A stretch of 64,000 bases of DNA from assembly GCF_006345805.1 (NCBI RefSeq), contig NC_042998.1, positions 11,842,001 through 11,906,000 on the forward strand, in the 5' to 3' direction. Each line of letters opens with the position of its first letter. Within the stretch, counting starts at the first letter, position 1. Shown here one piece after another: positions 38,777-51,771 of this stretch. Origin of the DNA: Octopus sinensis (taxonomy: Eukaryota). The notes under the pieces are model-generated. The model searched no databases, had not been told where the DNA came from, and saw only the letters and a list, made by a program, of their open reading frames with translations. Made by a program: the position numbers and the translations under genes.

Positions 38777-39467
38777 TATTTCATAAAAAATTACTATTTC
38801 AAAAAACGGAACCGATGCCATATATCTACAATCTGTTAAATATCTTACTTGATAAAGATGCTGATCGATGAATATACACAGCACAATTTTAGATTGATAC
38901 ACTTCGTGCAGTAGACATAATGTGAGACAAAATACAGCGCATTAAAGAAAATTGATTTTAACTTAACGGCTTAATTTTTTCTGTCGTTTTCAGAAAATTC
39001 CAGTAGAACAGTTGAAAAAGAAGTAAACCTTCAAGAAGTTACATCTGGATGTCAGTCCCAATTAAATTTTCATTGGTTCTGTTTTATTTGTAGGGACATG
39101 CTGAGTATTGCATATACATTCAATACATTACGCTTGCAATCACTTGTTCTCTTGTCATTGCCTCTCTCTCTCTCTCTCTCTCTGACTAACTTCAATTATT
39201 ACTTTTTAATACAAATAGATTGTATCCAATCTAACAGCTGTTTCTGCTTCCATTGTTCTACGCTATTGCCATTGAAAATTCAAAAAATAATATTCAACAT
39301 ATTTGTAACACATCCGATATGGAACATGGAGCTTAATCAGAGTGAAGAAAAATACACAAAAGAAAAGAAAAGAAAAGAAAAGAAGATGAAAGGCTTTATA
39401 TATTTAAATCATACCGTTGCGGAATTTGAACTCAGAACGGAGCGGCAGACTAAATATCTATATTTTT

Positions 39468-39684
39468 ACTACCCAGAAGGGTCGAAACACAGAGGGGACA
39501 AACGAGGACAGACAAACGGATTAAGTCGATTACATCGACCCCAGTGCGTAACTGGTACTTAATTTATCGACCTCGAAAGGATGAAAGGTAAAGTCGACCT
39601 CGGTGGAATTTGAACGTAACGGCAGACTAAATATCGCGAAGCATTTCGCCCGGCGTGCTAACCATTCTGCCAGCTTGCCGCCTT
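39468..39684 (-). mobile_element. SINE family B
   Basis: Reverse-complement homology to 8789-9016. Confidence 0.85.
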
Positions 39685-40127
39685 AACATATTAATAGGTG
39701 GGTTAATTTTTCTATGGGGGTAACAGGGTGTATAAGTAATAAAAAAGTAAAATAAAAAAAATCACCATTACGGGATACGCCAATAGGTCTTGAAATAGAG
39801 GGAGTGATAGTGCCATATCGTTTTGAAGTAATCATAATAGTTCTTGAGATTATAATAGTACTATTTAATAGTTTATCATAATAAAGTGCTCATCAGTTAA
39901 TTACAATTATTTACTCACTGATATGTTGTAAAGACCGACAACCTATTGCTCCTAATGGGGCTGACCAAAGTCCAGCTCTCGTTATAATTGGTCAGTTAAA
40001 TTTAAACGCAAAGGGCAAGCTATTATGATCATTATACGGGTAGATGCAAATAAATAAATAAATAAATAAAAAATTATAGAAAATTAGTATATGTATTAGT
40101 TAGGACATTGTAACTAGAAAACAAATA

Positions 40128-40544
40128 GGCACAGGAGTGGCTGTGTGGTAAGTAGCTTGCTAACCAACCTCATGGTTCCGGGTTCAGTCCCACTGCGTGG
40201 CACCTTGGGCAAGTGTCTTCTGCTATAGCCCCGGGCCGACCAATGCCTTGTGAGTGGATTTGGTAGACGGAAACTGAAAGAAGCCTGTCGTATATATGTA
40301 TATATATATATATGTGTTTGTGTGTTTGTGTGTCTGTGTTTGTCCCCCTAGCATTGCTTGACAACCGATGCTGGTGTGTTTACGTCCCTGTCACTTAGCG
40401 GTTCGGCTAAAAGAGACCGATAGAATAAGTACTGGGCTTACAAAGAATAAGTCCCGGGGTCGATTTGTTCGACTAAAGGCGGTGCTCCAGCATGGCCGCA
40501 GTCAAATGACTGAAACAAGTAAAAGAGTAAAGAGTAAAAAGAGT
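40128..40544 (+). mobile_element. SINE family A, full-length reference copy
   Basis: tRNA-like A/B boxes, CORE-like ccttgggcaagtgtctt, an internal TA/TG microsatellite, a 3' hairpin CAGTC-aaat-GACTG and a (taaaagag)n tail. Confidence 0.92.
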
Positions 40545-40742
40545 ATGTAAACAAGCACAATGTGAAGGAATGAACAACGCCCGCAGTGTCAATTAATATA
40601 ATGTTCTTCCTAGAGGTAAGACAACATTTTTGTTTGCTGCCCTCGCACGTCATTGGCAGTATGTACCCATTGAAGCCTTTACTATAGCGTCCTAAATGTA
40701 TCTACTGCTATTTCCAGTAAACATTGGTGCTTTGTTGTACCA

Positions 40743-40786
<44 letters not shown>

Positions 40787-40857
40787 ATATATATATATAT
40801 ATATTATTGGTGAATTGAAAAATGGAGCTGAACGCAGATTGAACAGAAATCGTATTA

Positions 40858-40952
40858 TTTCATTCTACACAACTACAGTGTTTCGAAAGGCACAAATACC
40901 AAAATCCGATTGAATAATGGGACCATATTGTGTCTTTCTCTTCAGGAAGAAA
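40858..40952 (-). ncRNA. Type I hammerhead ribozyme, canonical core, in a PLE terminus (~40806-40960)
   Basis: UUUCUUC-CUGAAGA-GAAAGACACAA...UUGUGCCUUUC-GAAA-CAC/uguaguu/GUG-UA^GAAUGAAA. Stem II pairs 10 of 11, stem III is 4 bp with a 7-nt loop, and the triplet is GUA. Confidence 0.85.
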
Positions 40953-41411
40953 AGGAATCCGTTGGAAAAACAAACAGAACAGAGGCAGAGCAAAAAACAA
41001 ATCGAACTGTGCTCCTAAGAGCCCATGGCGAAACTGTTATCAGTGTATGTTGAGAACCGGTGGCTGAAGAATTCAACAGGTCAGGCATCGGTCAACATGT
41101 GGGTGAGGGTGTATAGACGTTCTTTGTGACCGAGAATAAAGTTCTGACTATTTAAAGAATATTGGATGTTTTATAAGGGCGAGAAAAAATCTACTTAGAG
41201 ACGTGTGTGTGTGTATACTGTTCTATATATGTGTGTTGGCGTAGGGGTAGAAAACATTTTTGTGTACGTGTGTGCGTTTGATCGTTCGGCTGTCAGTGGC
41301 TACTGCCGTGATACCGTTGGGTGGCAGAAAGAAAAAAAATAAAGAAAAATTATATATATATATTTTATGTTTTTATGTGTGTGTGTGTGTAAGATTATTC
41401 ATCTTTCTATT

Positions 41412-41440
<29 letters not shown>

Positions 41441-41447
<7 letters not shown>

Positions 41448-41818
41448 AGTAGTAAAAAGTGAAAAAACTACAGAAGGCTTGTTTTAAAAGGTTAAAAAAT
41501 ATATTTGAGTCATTATGTCAGAAGAATGTTATAAAATTTTTTCATACAGTGACATAGTTTTTGAAGAAATACCGGTTTCGTGTTAACTTTCAAATTTCTC
41601 AAAACATCGTGTTATGTCTTCGTTATGAAGTGTTAACGAAGACATAACACGATGTTTTGAGAAATTTGAAAAGTTAACACGAAACCGGTAATTTCTTCAA
41701 AACTATGTCACTGTATGAAAAAATTTTATAACATTCTTCTGACATAATGACTCAATATATTTTTTAACCTTTTAAAACAAGCCTTCTGTAGTTTTTTCAC
41801 TTTTTACTATTTTCTATA
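41441..41818. repeat. Near-perfect palindrome (~185 bp arms, 8-nt spacer) made from a PLE terminus
   Basis: The left arm ends at 41625, the spacer tgaagtgt is 41626-41633, and the right arm starts at 41634. The right side holds a 5'-truncated hammerhead: UGA-A-GUGUUAAC...GUUAACAC-GAAACCGGUA. Confidence 0.9.
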
Positions 41819-41869
41819 TATTCAACCACGTGCTTTCACACACCAACTTTCTCACCTATTATAATATAT

Positions 41870-41958
<89 letters not shown>

Positions 41959-42013
41959 TTAGTGAAGGGAAGAAATGGAGCCGAACGAAGATTCTACAAA
42001 ATTCCTTTTTATT

Positions 42014-42099
42014 ATTTTCTACACATGTTTCAAAGGCTGCAAATTCCCAAATTCGGATTGAATAAGGAGACCATTCTGCAGCTTTCTCTTCAGGAAAAT
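42014..42099 (-). ncRNA. Type I hammerhead ribozyme, canonical core, in a PLE terminus (~41958-42240)
   Basis: AUUUUC-CUGAAGA-GAAAGCUGCA...UGCAGCCUUU-GAAA-CAUGUG-UA^GAAAAU. Stem I is a perfect 6 bp and the triplet is GUA. Confidence 0.85.
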
Positions 42100-42271
42100 C
42101 CAGGAATTTAAAATCTCAAAACAAATGCGCAGCAAGCTTTCGAACACGGTCGTAACCTCAACCGTGTCTTTTCTGGTGTGATTTTTGCTACACAGGTATC
42201 GGTTAAATTTTGAATAATCCGTAACAAGATAATTCATTTTCCATTTCATTAAATATATATATATATATATA

Positions 42272-42334
<63 letters not shown>

Positions 42335-43401
42335 CATATGCATATGCAGTAGTAGCTCGGTTTTCGAACACCTCTCATATGAATAAATCGTACTTTATAT
42401 ACATACATATACTCACTCGCGCACGCACGCACACACACACAAACACACACACACACACACGTGCGCGCACACACACCTATATTATATATATACATCTTGA
42501 ATAGGCATATATATTGGTTAATCCACATTGGGAAGAAATATCAATGTTCCTGATATTCAATGTTCGAAGAAATACCAATGTTCCTGAAAACCTAGTTTTC
42601 ATTAGCATACAGAAAAAGAAAATTACCCTGGGATAATACATGGTTGGTTGAATGCATTCCCCAACCTTTATCCTTCAAGAACTATATAGCAATTTTCTAA
42701 TGTGATTTTAGGGAAATCTGTCCATTTGTAATTTCCGATTTCATTCGCACCCTGTCCTTTCTTTCTCTCCTTCCGTATGTATATAGGTATGTATGGACAC
42801 AGACAGACATAGATTTGCCAGCACTCTCGTTAAAGAAATTATAACAAAAATACGAATATCTATTCTGTTCGCCTTGTCTCTGTCTCTCTCTGTCTCTGTC
42901 TCCATCTCTGCCTTTCATATCTGTTATTCTTTGCATGTATAATGACAGAGGCCTATACACGTACACACAGGTACATATGCACGAATATGACAGACTCTCT
43001 GTTTGTCTGGGTGTATCCCTGAATGTGCGCATGCATGTATGTGCATGTGTATGTACACCAACACAAATTTCTCAAAAGAATCGTTAAAGAATGTTTAGAT
43101 AAATTATTAAGATAGAGCTATTGAAAATAAGAAGATTCTGCAGCTTCATATGTATCAGCTTTATAATTTAACTCAATGTTTCAGACAGACAAACATATAA
43201 GTAATACTGTTATAATATTCTGAAAAATGAATGTGTGTGCATGTATATGCTTGTGCCATTATAGAGAGAAGGGCAAAGTGAGTGTGTGTGTGTGTGTATG
43301 TGTGTAAGAGAGAGAGGGAGAGACAGGCACAGATGGAGAGACAGACACACAGACAGAGAGGGCGAGACACACAGAAAGGGGGAGACAAATAGTCAGTAAA
43401 G

Positions 43402-43439
<38 letters not shown>

Positions 43440-43500
43440 AGACTGAATATTCTTATCGTTTTTTTATAATGTAAAAAGCGGCATCTTTGAAAAGAGACCC

Positions 43501-43554
<54 letters not shown>

Positions 43555-43577
43555 ATAATTAACTGTCTGTATGTATG

Positions 43578-43608
<31 letters not shown>

Positions 43609-44398
43609 CTATCTACTTATCTATCACCCAGTACACAAGTACCTTAGACAATTCATAGGCACTTCCCGCCCCAGTTTCCTCCATTGAAATATTTCAGAAA
43701 GATAGCTGGATGTTTATTATGTTATAATCATTGTAATATTCCTCAAATACTTTACGAACTAAATTCGCTCTTTAGAAATAATATAGCAGAAGACGGCAAT
43801 GTGCTGTATGAAACTAGACTTTGTATTTTTATCTATTAAATGTTTCAACATTGTTTTATCTTCTTTAACTGAATTCTATCTTGCATATATAAATGTATAC
43901 CTACATTTCAATGAAGCGAAGTATTACTTATTCCAGGCATAAGACAACAAGACATGCACTAGTATTATATAAATTAGTCACAAGCAAGTAATCAACTGAA
44001 AAGCATTTGTCGGTTGCATCATAAATATTATACTTAAATATATTTTTTTTATACTTACACTGAGTGTATTTGAAAATCTAAGATAAATTTAAAATAACAC
44101 GTACAGATATCAGAATCTACAGAATATATGTTGTGTAAAGCATGTAAAGAAAATAAATGGGAAAGATGTTATTATTATCTGTACAAACAGAACAGAGAAA
44201 ATATTCTGACATATTTCATAGTTGGTTTGCCATTGTTAATTTGATAAATATCTACAGCGTAGGCATGACACACTGCAGTCAAATTACATTACGTAAATTA
44301 ATCATGTATGTATGCATATATGTATGCATATATATGTACACACAGACACATATATATATGTATATATATATATATACATATATATATACACACATATA

Positions 44399-44445
<47 letters not shown>

Positions 44446-44477
44446 ATATATATAGAGAGAGAGATACTGACAAAGAG

Positions 44478-44510
<33 letters not shown>

Positions 44511-47500
44511 CAAACCCTCAACACGTATATATTTGCATATGTATATTTACATTTAGAAAAACACATACAGAAACATACAAGTATATACAGTTTGTATGCA
44601 TGTACAATCACACACACACACACACACACACACACATGCGTTTACACGTATTCATTAAAAAGAGTAAGCAGTACATACGTTACTAGAAAGTGATTCTAAT
44701 GTCGTATGTAGTAGGAATCGTTGTGCTGAATGCTTACCTTCATGGTTTCATTGTCTGTAGCTGTAACAGTTTGCGTGTCACTATTGAATCAACATAATAG
44801 CACGTCATAATCTCTAATGACATTAGAATTTTCTATGAAAGGATTTTCCTGGGTAAAAAAATGAAATTTCTTACCTTTAGATGATGAAAACTAAACTGGG
44901 AATAGAAGATTCCATGGATATTTGGAGCTTGTGAAATCTGTATATTTCATATTTGATATTTTAGATACAGACACAACATCTTATAATTCAAATAATAGAA
45001 AAAAAACCTTGGAGTATTGAGAAGCAGGACATAATAGGCCAAAGGGAAAATATACCAGTCTAAAAACAATTCATGCCATAGAACTGATTGCAACAACAAC
45101 AAAATCACAACAACAACAAAAACATCAACAAATACAAAACTACTGCAATGTTAGCTACAATAATATCTACAACAACTAGAACAACAATAATGCTTTCTGA
45201 TTTAAGTAGAAGGCCAGTAATTTTTATGTGTTGTGGTTTCGTTGATACCATCGACTGCAGTTCTGAGACTGGGATTTTTTTTTCTGTCGACCTCAAAAGG
45301 ATAAAATGCAAAGTTGACCTTGGCGGGAACTAAACCGATGTGCTAACGTTTCTGGAGTATAGCTGATTGGTGTAATGTTTTCTCTGATACTGTTGTATTG
45401 TCTCTCAGGAATGTATATCATAAAACAGTGGTTAAAATGTCAAGTTCTCAATAGTCAGCATTCCTCTGATAATATACTTCGGTGAGAGCGAGTTCACTTC
45501 ACATGTACCACAAGTACTAGAGAAGGTAACTGAACACTAACTTATCTTGTTACCTTTCTTTAAAACAGTACTCTTCAAATGGTGCTCCTCGATGCATATC
45601 TGGATTCCCTGTAGATTTTCAAAGATATAATTCCAAGTTCTCTGAAAGTCATCTCACACTTCAGCATCTTCAAAAACGTATCACAGATAAGTTTTTTTTA
45701 TTCACAAATATAATTGATAAATTATATATTTTATTTACGAAAATCAAGAAAATGAGGCACACTATAACTTTATATATTTTTTGTAAATCTTTATTTTTAA
45801 AATACTATTTTTTAAAAAGAATTTCTTCGCCAAATGCGTCAATAAATATAACTGGATATCCGGAATGCCGTGAAGTTAAACGTTTGAGAACTACTGCTCA
45901 AGAATACAGAGGCTTGATGTTAGAGGAATTAAACAACTCTAATTTATTCTATTTCATGTTCGTCATAAAGCTAAAGTTGTGCACTGTGACCGGAGGATAA
46001 AAATGTTCTTGAATGAGGCTTAAAATATGTCTAGAATACGCTTCATTTACATAAACGTGTGAAGATTTATTTAGACTTTGATGATAAAGATTAACACCTT
46101 GAAAAAGCAATGTGTTGCAAAGTTCTGCACTAAATGAAATAAGTTTCTTCGACGATCGTACAATTCAAAAGATCATTATAGTCAAGTGGCTGAAAAGTTT
46201 GCACCGTAACCACAAGGACACGGGCTCGATCCAACTATTTTGTAGTTTTGAGCAAGTGTCTATTACCATAGCCTCAGCTCTATCCAAATTTGTGAACGAA
46301 ACTGATTAAGCAGAAACTAGAAAGCAGTCATATGGACTGCACCTGTAATTCAAAGGTGCATATGTGTCACACACTATTTCACGTTGATTTTACCTGAAAA
46401 CTCACAGGACAGGTACACATGTCAGTGTTAATTAAGCGATTTATACGTTAATTAACACAGTAGGCAGTTGAGTTGATTGAATAATAGGTTACTTACCAGC
46501 AAACGCGATGGAGATATATTTCTTGTTGACTTAAAAAGAAGTAAAAGGTTTTCTACTTGAGATTCAAGTCAGGTTGTTGATTGGCACTGATCAGAATTTA
46601 TCTTTTCTTCTCTACGGGATCATGCACATTTGGTATATAATTATATATTCGCGTTCTTTTGCAAAAAGCAACTAATGTGAACATTAGTTTATTTTTGACT
46701 TGACTGAAAAATCCAATATTTTAGACGAAAGCGTAAAAGTGAGTATGTAACAGCTAAGTTAACAATACATATTCATCAGATCCTGTATAGAAACAACAAG
46801 AATTTTCAGTCATTTTGAGCTAAAATTTGTCTATCGAATATACTACTAAGTTTCTTGTAACAACGATATTTTAAGCTGCAAAAGCTCAAATAGTTAATCA
46901 ATAATCGCCTTCAAAAGTCATGTTGATATCAAAACAATACTGAAATATTGTGAAAGATCAGTCAGTTCGACGTATCAGCGATTTTGATTGAAATCTAGGT
47001 CATTGATAAATGTATTAAAGAAGAACAAATATATTAGTTGTCATCGTCATTTGAAACTGGTTTTTTGAAACATTGGAACACAGGTTTATCAGCCACATTC
47101 AAGCGATTATTTGCCATTGGTTTTCTCTTACGTAATTGACCTTAGATTGATTTACATTTGGTGAGCAGCATAGACTTTAATAATTAATTGATAGAGCCAC
47201 TCGTTGTCATCATGCAGTGCAGGAAAGAAGGCGTGAACTGCGTTTCTTTTGGGTGGAAGTACGCCATCCACGTGCATTGTCCATCAGGCTGCATTCAGCA
47301 AGATATTCACTCTATACCACTGTAAAAGGCATTTACTAAAATGACCATGTGGAGGGATTGAACTCAGAGCAACAGAGTTGCGGGGCTCTTTTAAATGCAT
47401 CACCACAAAGACCACACCCAAATAAGGTTGCCGAATCGCCAAACTATGAAATTATCTGTTGATTTTGATTCTGTTCTGTACAGCTAAGGAAATGTGATTT

Positions 47501-48642
47501 TTGCTTGTTTATGCGTCTGTTTACCCATCCTTCATCAAAATATTCGCATCGCATTATGTGCACTGTTATAGTTTTGGACAGCCTCCTACTCAAAATACAT
47601 TTTTTTGCTTATTTTAATCATTAAGTACATATTTTGACCCCACTGTATTGAGTCAATCTATATTTTCCGCTTCTCATTATAACTTTGAAATTCGTTCAAA
47701 TTATATATATATATATTTATATATATAATATACTTCAGCCTACGTAGACTATGAGGTAATGTAGTTTATATATCCACACATATTTGCAAATACACCCCCG
47801 CAATACCGCACAAACACTCAAATAAATGAACATACATCAGTACATACTAACACATGTATGCATATACACATAGCACGCAGAAGCATACGCACGCACTTAT
47901 ATGAGGGCGGAAATCGTTGATACTTTCATCTCCATTTTTACATAAACCATGTATACCTATATATATATATACACATATGTGTGTATCTGTGTGCGCGTGC
48001 GTGCGTGTTTGTATGTATATATACATATAGCAGTATGTATGTATGCGTGAATGCGCGTGCATAGGCATATTGAGTCTGCGTAAATGTGAAGAACTATTTA
48101 GCTATGCATCTATCACTTTCTATCTTCCATTCAGTTTCTTTATGAGCATATATGTGTTTGTATATATATATATACATACACATATATGAGTGTAGGCATA
48201 GATGTAATCACAAACACACAACACACAGATATATGTATATATATATATGTAAATATATACATACATATACATATATATAGTGTATACATACATACCTACA
48301 CACACATACATACACTACTTTACTAAGTGTGTTGCTTTGTACCTACTTCATTACATCATGTCTTACTAAGTGATAACATCCGTTAATGATACTGAAAACG
48401 TAATATACACATTTAGTCTGTAGTTACTTTCGTTTCACTATATTTTATTCATTTGGTATTCGATAACAAGTTAGCTAGTATAGATCGTTAGTTATTAATA
48501 ACTATTTAGAGAAGTGTGGAAGTATTAAATATAATTACAAATAATAGTAGAATAGGAATACCTACATACAAACATACATAGATACATATATGCACGCATG
48601 TATTAACAAGGAGAAATTATATATATATATGTATGTATGTAT

Positions 48643-48685
<43 letters not shown>

Positions 48686-48941
48686 CTTGATGCATTTTAT
48701 ATTTATTTATAATTGAACGCAGCCTTCTCCACAGTAAGTTTTTACCTATATATATATATTATATATATATATATATATATAATATATATATATATATGTG
48801 GTGTGTGGTGTGTGTGTGTGGTGTGGTGTGTGTGTGTGTGTGTGTGTATGTGTGTGTGTGTGTGTGTGCGAGTGTATGTGTTGAGAAAATAGAAAGGTAA
48901 TTAATAAATTATTATTTACGAATTAAGAAATTGACAAACAT

Positions 48942-49030
48942 CACTTACAGCTGTTTCAATACAGATTCTCAGAAAATTAATTAAATTAATTAAATTAAAA
49001 ATCATTTGAAAATTGAATCTCTTCAGAGGT
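48942..49030 (-). ncRNA. Degenerate hammerhead-like motif
   Basis: CUGAAGA-GAUUC...GAAUC-(uguauu)-GAAACAGCUGUA with palindrome ACAGCUGU. Stem I is only 2 bp and there are 6 extra nucleotides, so it is probably inactive. Confidence 0.35.
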
Positions 49031-49241
49031 AGATAAAGTATACAATGTAGGTGTTCAAGTTCCTCATTTTGAGTAAGTGGCTGCAAACCTTTCGCTAATA
49101 TAAAATTTATACATCAACAACATAATATACAAGTGGTTGAACCCTTAGCATAGGAGCACGGTTGTGTAAAATAGAGTTATAAAACAATATATTCATCTGG
49201 AGTGTTGAGTATAATAAAGCTCAAGTAGATATAATTGGTAA

Positions 49242-51316
49242 AAATATCATATTGTGCTATTATATGTATTCTTAGTAAATCAATATAAACTTAGTGTGTA
49301 GAGTTTATTTCAAATATATATAGTTACTAATGTATAGTCAAAGCGGCAGCCACTCAGGCAATAAATTACATATTAAAAATCAAAATAGTTAAAATTACTA
49401 TAAGAAAATTTACTCAACGTTCCGGTACATAAACATTATAAGTAAAAATGAATAAATTAAAATTAATAAATCAAACTAGAGTGAAGAGGGAAAATAGATA
49501 GAGAAGGAAAATAAAAAGTTGAATAAAGAATTAAGGTATTTTAATTTACTCATTTCTATTTATAATTTTGATGTTCAATACTCCTCGTATGTGTAATTAA
49601 CCAGTACTTTCATAGGATTTTGCTTTTCCTGAATGAAGTTTGTAACCTTTAATTGCGCTTCTCTGAGTATATGTATATATGTATGCATGTATACTTTTTT
49701 TATTGCAGCTGCAAAAATATCACATAGGTGTTAATTACAGTTTCACGTTTCCGTTTGTTGGACAAATGTAATTAAGATTCCAGTCTTGATCACAACTTTC
49801 CGACGAACGGAAAAGTGAAAGTGAGTAACAGTTCTGTGATATTTTTGCAGCTTTAATAAAAAGCATACTACTCTAACTTCGGTGTTCGAGTATTTTTTTT
49901 ACTACTGTGTTTTGCATTTATATGCTTACTCGTGTATAAATATATATATATATATATGCGTTATATGCACGCGTGTGTGTGTGTGTGTATATTGATTTAA
50001 AAATATAATGATTTAAAAATAATAAAAGATCACAACCTTGTGTAGTAGTAGTAGTAGTAGTAGTAGTAATAGTAGTAAATCTACTTAATTATGCTGTTTC
50101 AATTTTTAAAAAATTGTTATATTTTTTTTAACTGTAATTTTTTTTTTCGAAGTTACAATACAAATCTTAAAATGTTTGATCCTTTAATCATGAAACAAGG
50201 AAGGACACATCAGGTTTCTTTCGTTCTTNNNNNNNNNNNNNNNNNNNNNNNNNNNNNNNNNNNNNNNNNNNNNNNNNNNNNNNNNNNNNNNNNNNNNNNN
50301 NNNNNNNNNNNNNNNNNNNNNNNNNNNNAAATATCATATTGTGCTATTATATGTATTCTTAGTAAATCAATATAAACTTAGTGTGTAGAGTTTATTTCAA
50401 ATATATATAGTTACTAATGTATAGTCAAAGCGGCAGCCACTCAGGCAATAAATTACATATTAAAAATAACATAGAAAATTACTATAAGAAAATTTACTCA
50501 ACGTTCCGGTACATAAACATCATAAGTACAATGAATAAATTAAATTAATAAATCAAACTAGAGTGAAGAGGGAAAATAGATAGAGAAGGAAAATAAAAGT
50601 TGAATAAAGAATTAAGGTATTTTAATTTACTCATTTCTATTTATAATTTTGATGTTCAATACTCCTCGTATGTGTATTAACCATTACTTTCATAGGATTT
50701 TGCTTTTCCTGAATGAAGTTTGTAACCTTTAATTGCGCTTCTTGAGTATATGTATTATGTATGCATGTATATTTTTTTATTTGCAGCTGCAAAAATATCA
50801 CATAGGTGTTAATTACAGTTTCACGTTTCCGTTTGTTGGACAAATGTAATAAGATTCCAGTCTTGATCACAACTTTCCGACGAACGGAAAAGTGAAAGTG
50901 AGTAAAGTTCTGTGATATTTTTGCAGCTTTAATAAAAAGCATACTACTCTAACTTCAGTGTTCGAGTATTTTTTTACTACTGGTGTTTTGGCATTTTATG
51001 CTTTCCTCGGTATAAATATATTATATAATATGCGTTTATATGCACGCGGTTGTGTGTGTGTATATTGATTTAAAAATATAATGATTTAAAAATAATAAAA
51101 GATCACAACCTTGTGTAGTAGTAGTAGTAGTAGTGTAGTAGTAGTAGTAGTAGTATTAGTAATAAATCTACTTAATTATGCTGTTTCAATTTTAAAAAAT
51201 TGTTATATTTTTTTTTAACTGTAATTTTTTTTTTCGAAGTTACAACTACAAATCTTAAAATGTTTGATCCTTTAATCATGAAACAAGGAAGGACACATCA
51301 GGTTTCTTTCGTTCTT
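49242..51316. other. ~990 bp sequence duplicated on both sides of a 100-N scaffold gap (50229-50328)
   Basis: 49242-50228 recurs at 50329-51316. The differences are mostly single-base indels. Confidence 0.9.
49690..49870. mobile_element. MITE-like element (also present in the duplicated copy at ~50.8-50.9 kb)
   Basis: Perfect 18-bp inverted repeat agctgcaaaaatatcaca (49707-49724 and 49835-49852), with partial outward extension. Confidence 0.5.
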
Positions 51317-51565
51317 TCTTTACCAAAAAACACAGAACAAAAATACAAACAAGCAAATCAAAGCAACCAACCAACAAAGAAAGAAAGAAATGTGATATGT
51401 TGTTGTTGCAGGTCCAGGGTCTAAAACTTGAAGTGACAGGATGCATATTACATTAAAAAAAAGACGAAACTAAATTACTTTTTTTTGCTTTTTGTGTATG
51501 TACGTGTGTATGTTCATTTTAGTCTTTTAAATTGTTCTTCGTACTTTTTTCGTTGCATATATATT

Positions 51566-51616
<51 letters not shown>

Positions 51617-51771
51617 GATGAGTGGTATTTTACCTTGTTAACAATTAACACGGATAAATAAATAAAAGTTACCTTACCAGGGCAGCAAAAATCTCACAAG
51701 TAAAGATGTTGTAATTCCTTATTTATAAGGTTGAAACTTCGTGTTTACGTTGAATATTTTGAATAATATGA

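Noticed and set aside
40946-41044. Apparent plus-strand exon after ctcttcag (EEKESVGKTN...)
   Set aside because: The supposed acceptor is the antisense of the hammerhead core CUGAAGA, so it is explained by the PLE terminus.
49796-49830. CCGACGA...GAAAG hammerhead-like string inside the MITE
   Set aside because: The bases form a simple TTTCCG/CGGAAA hairpin, with no stem I, stem III or NUH arrangement.
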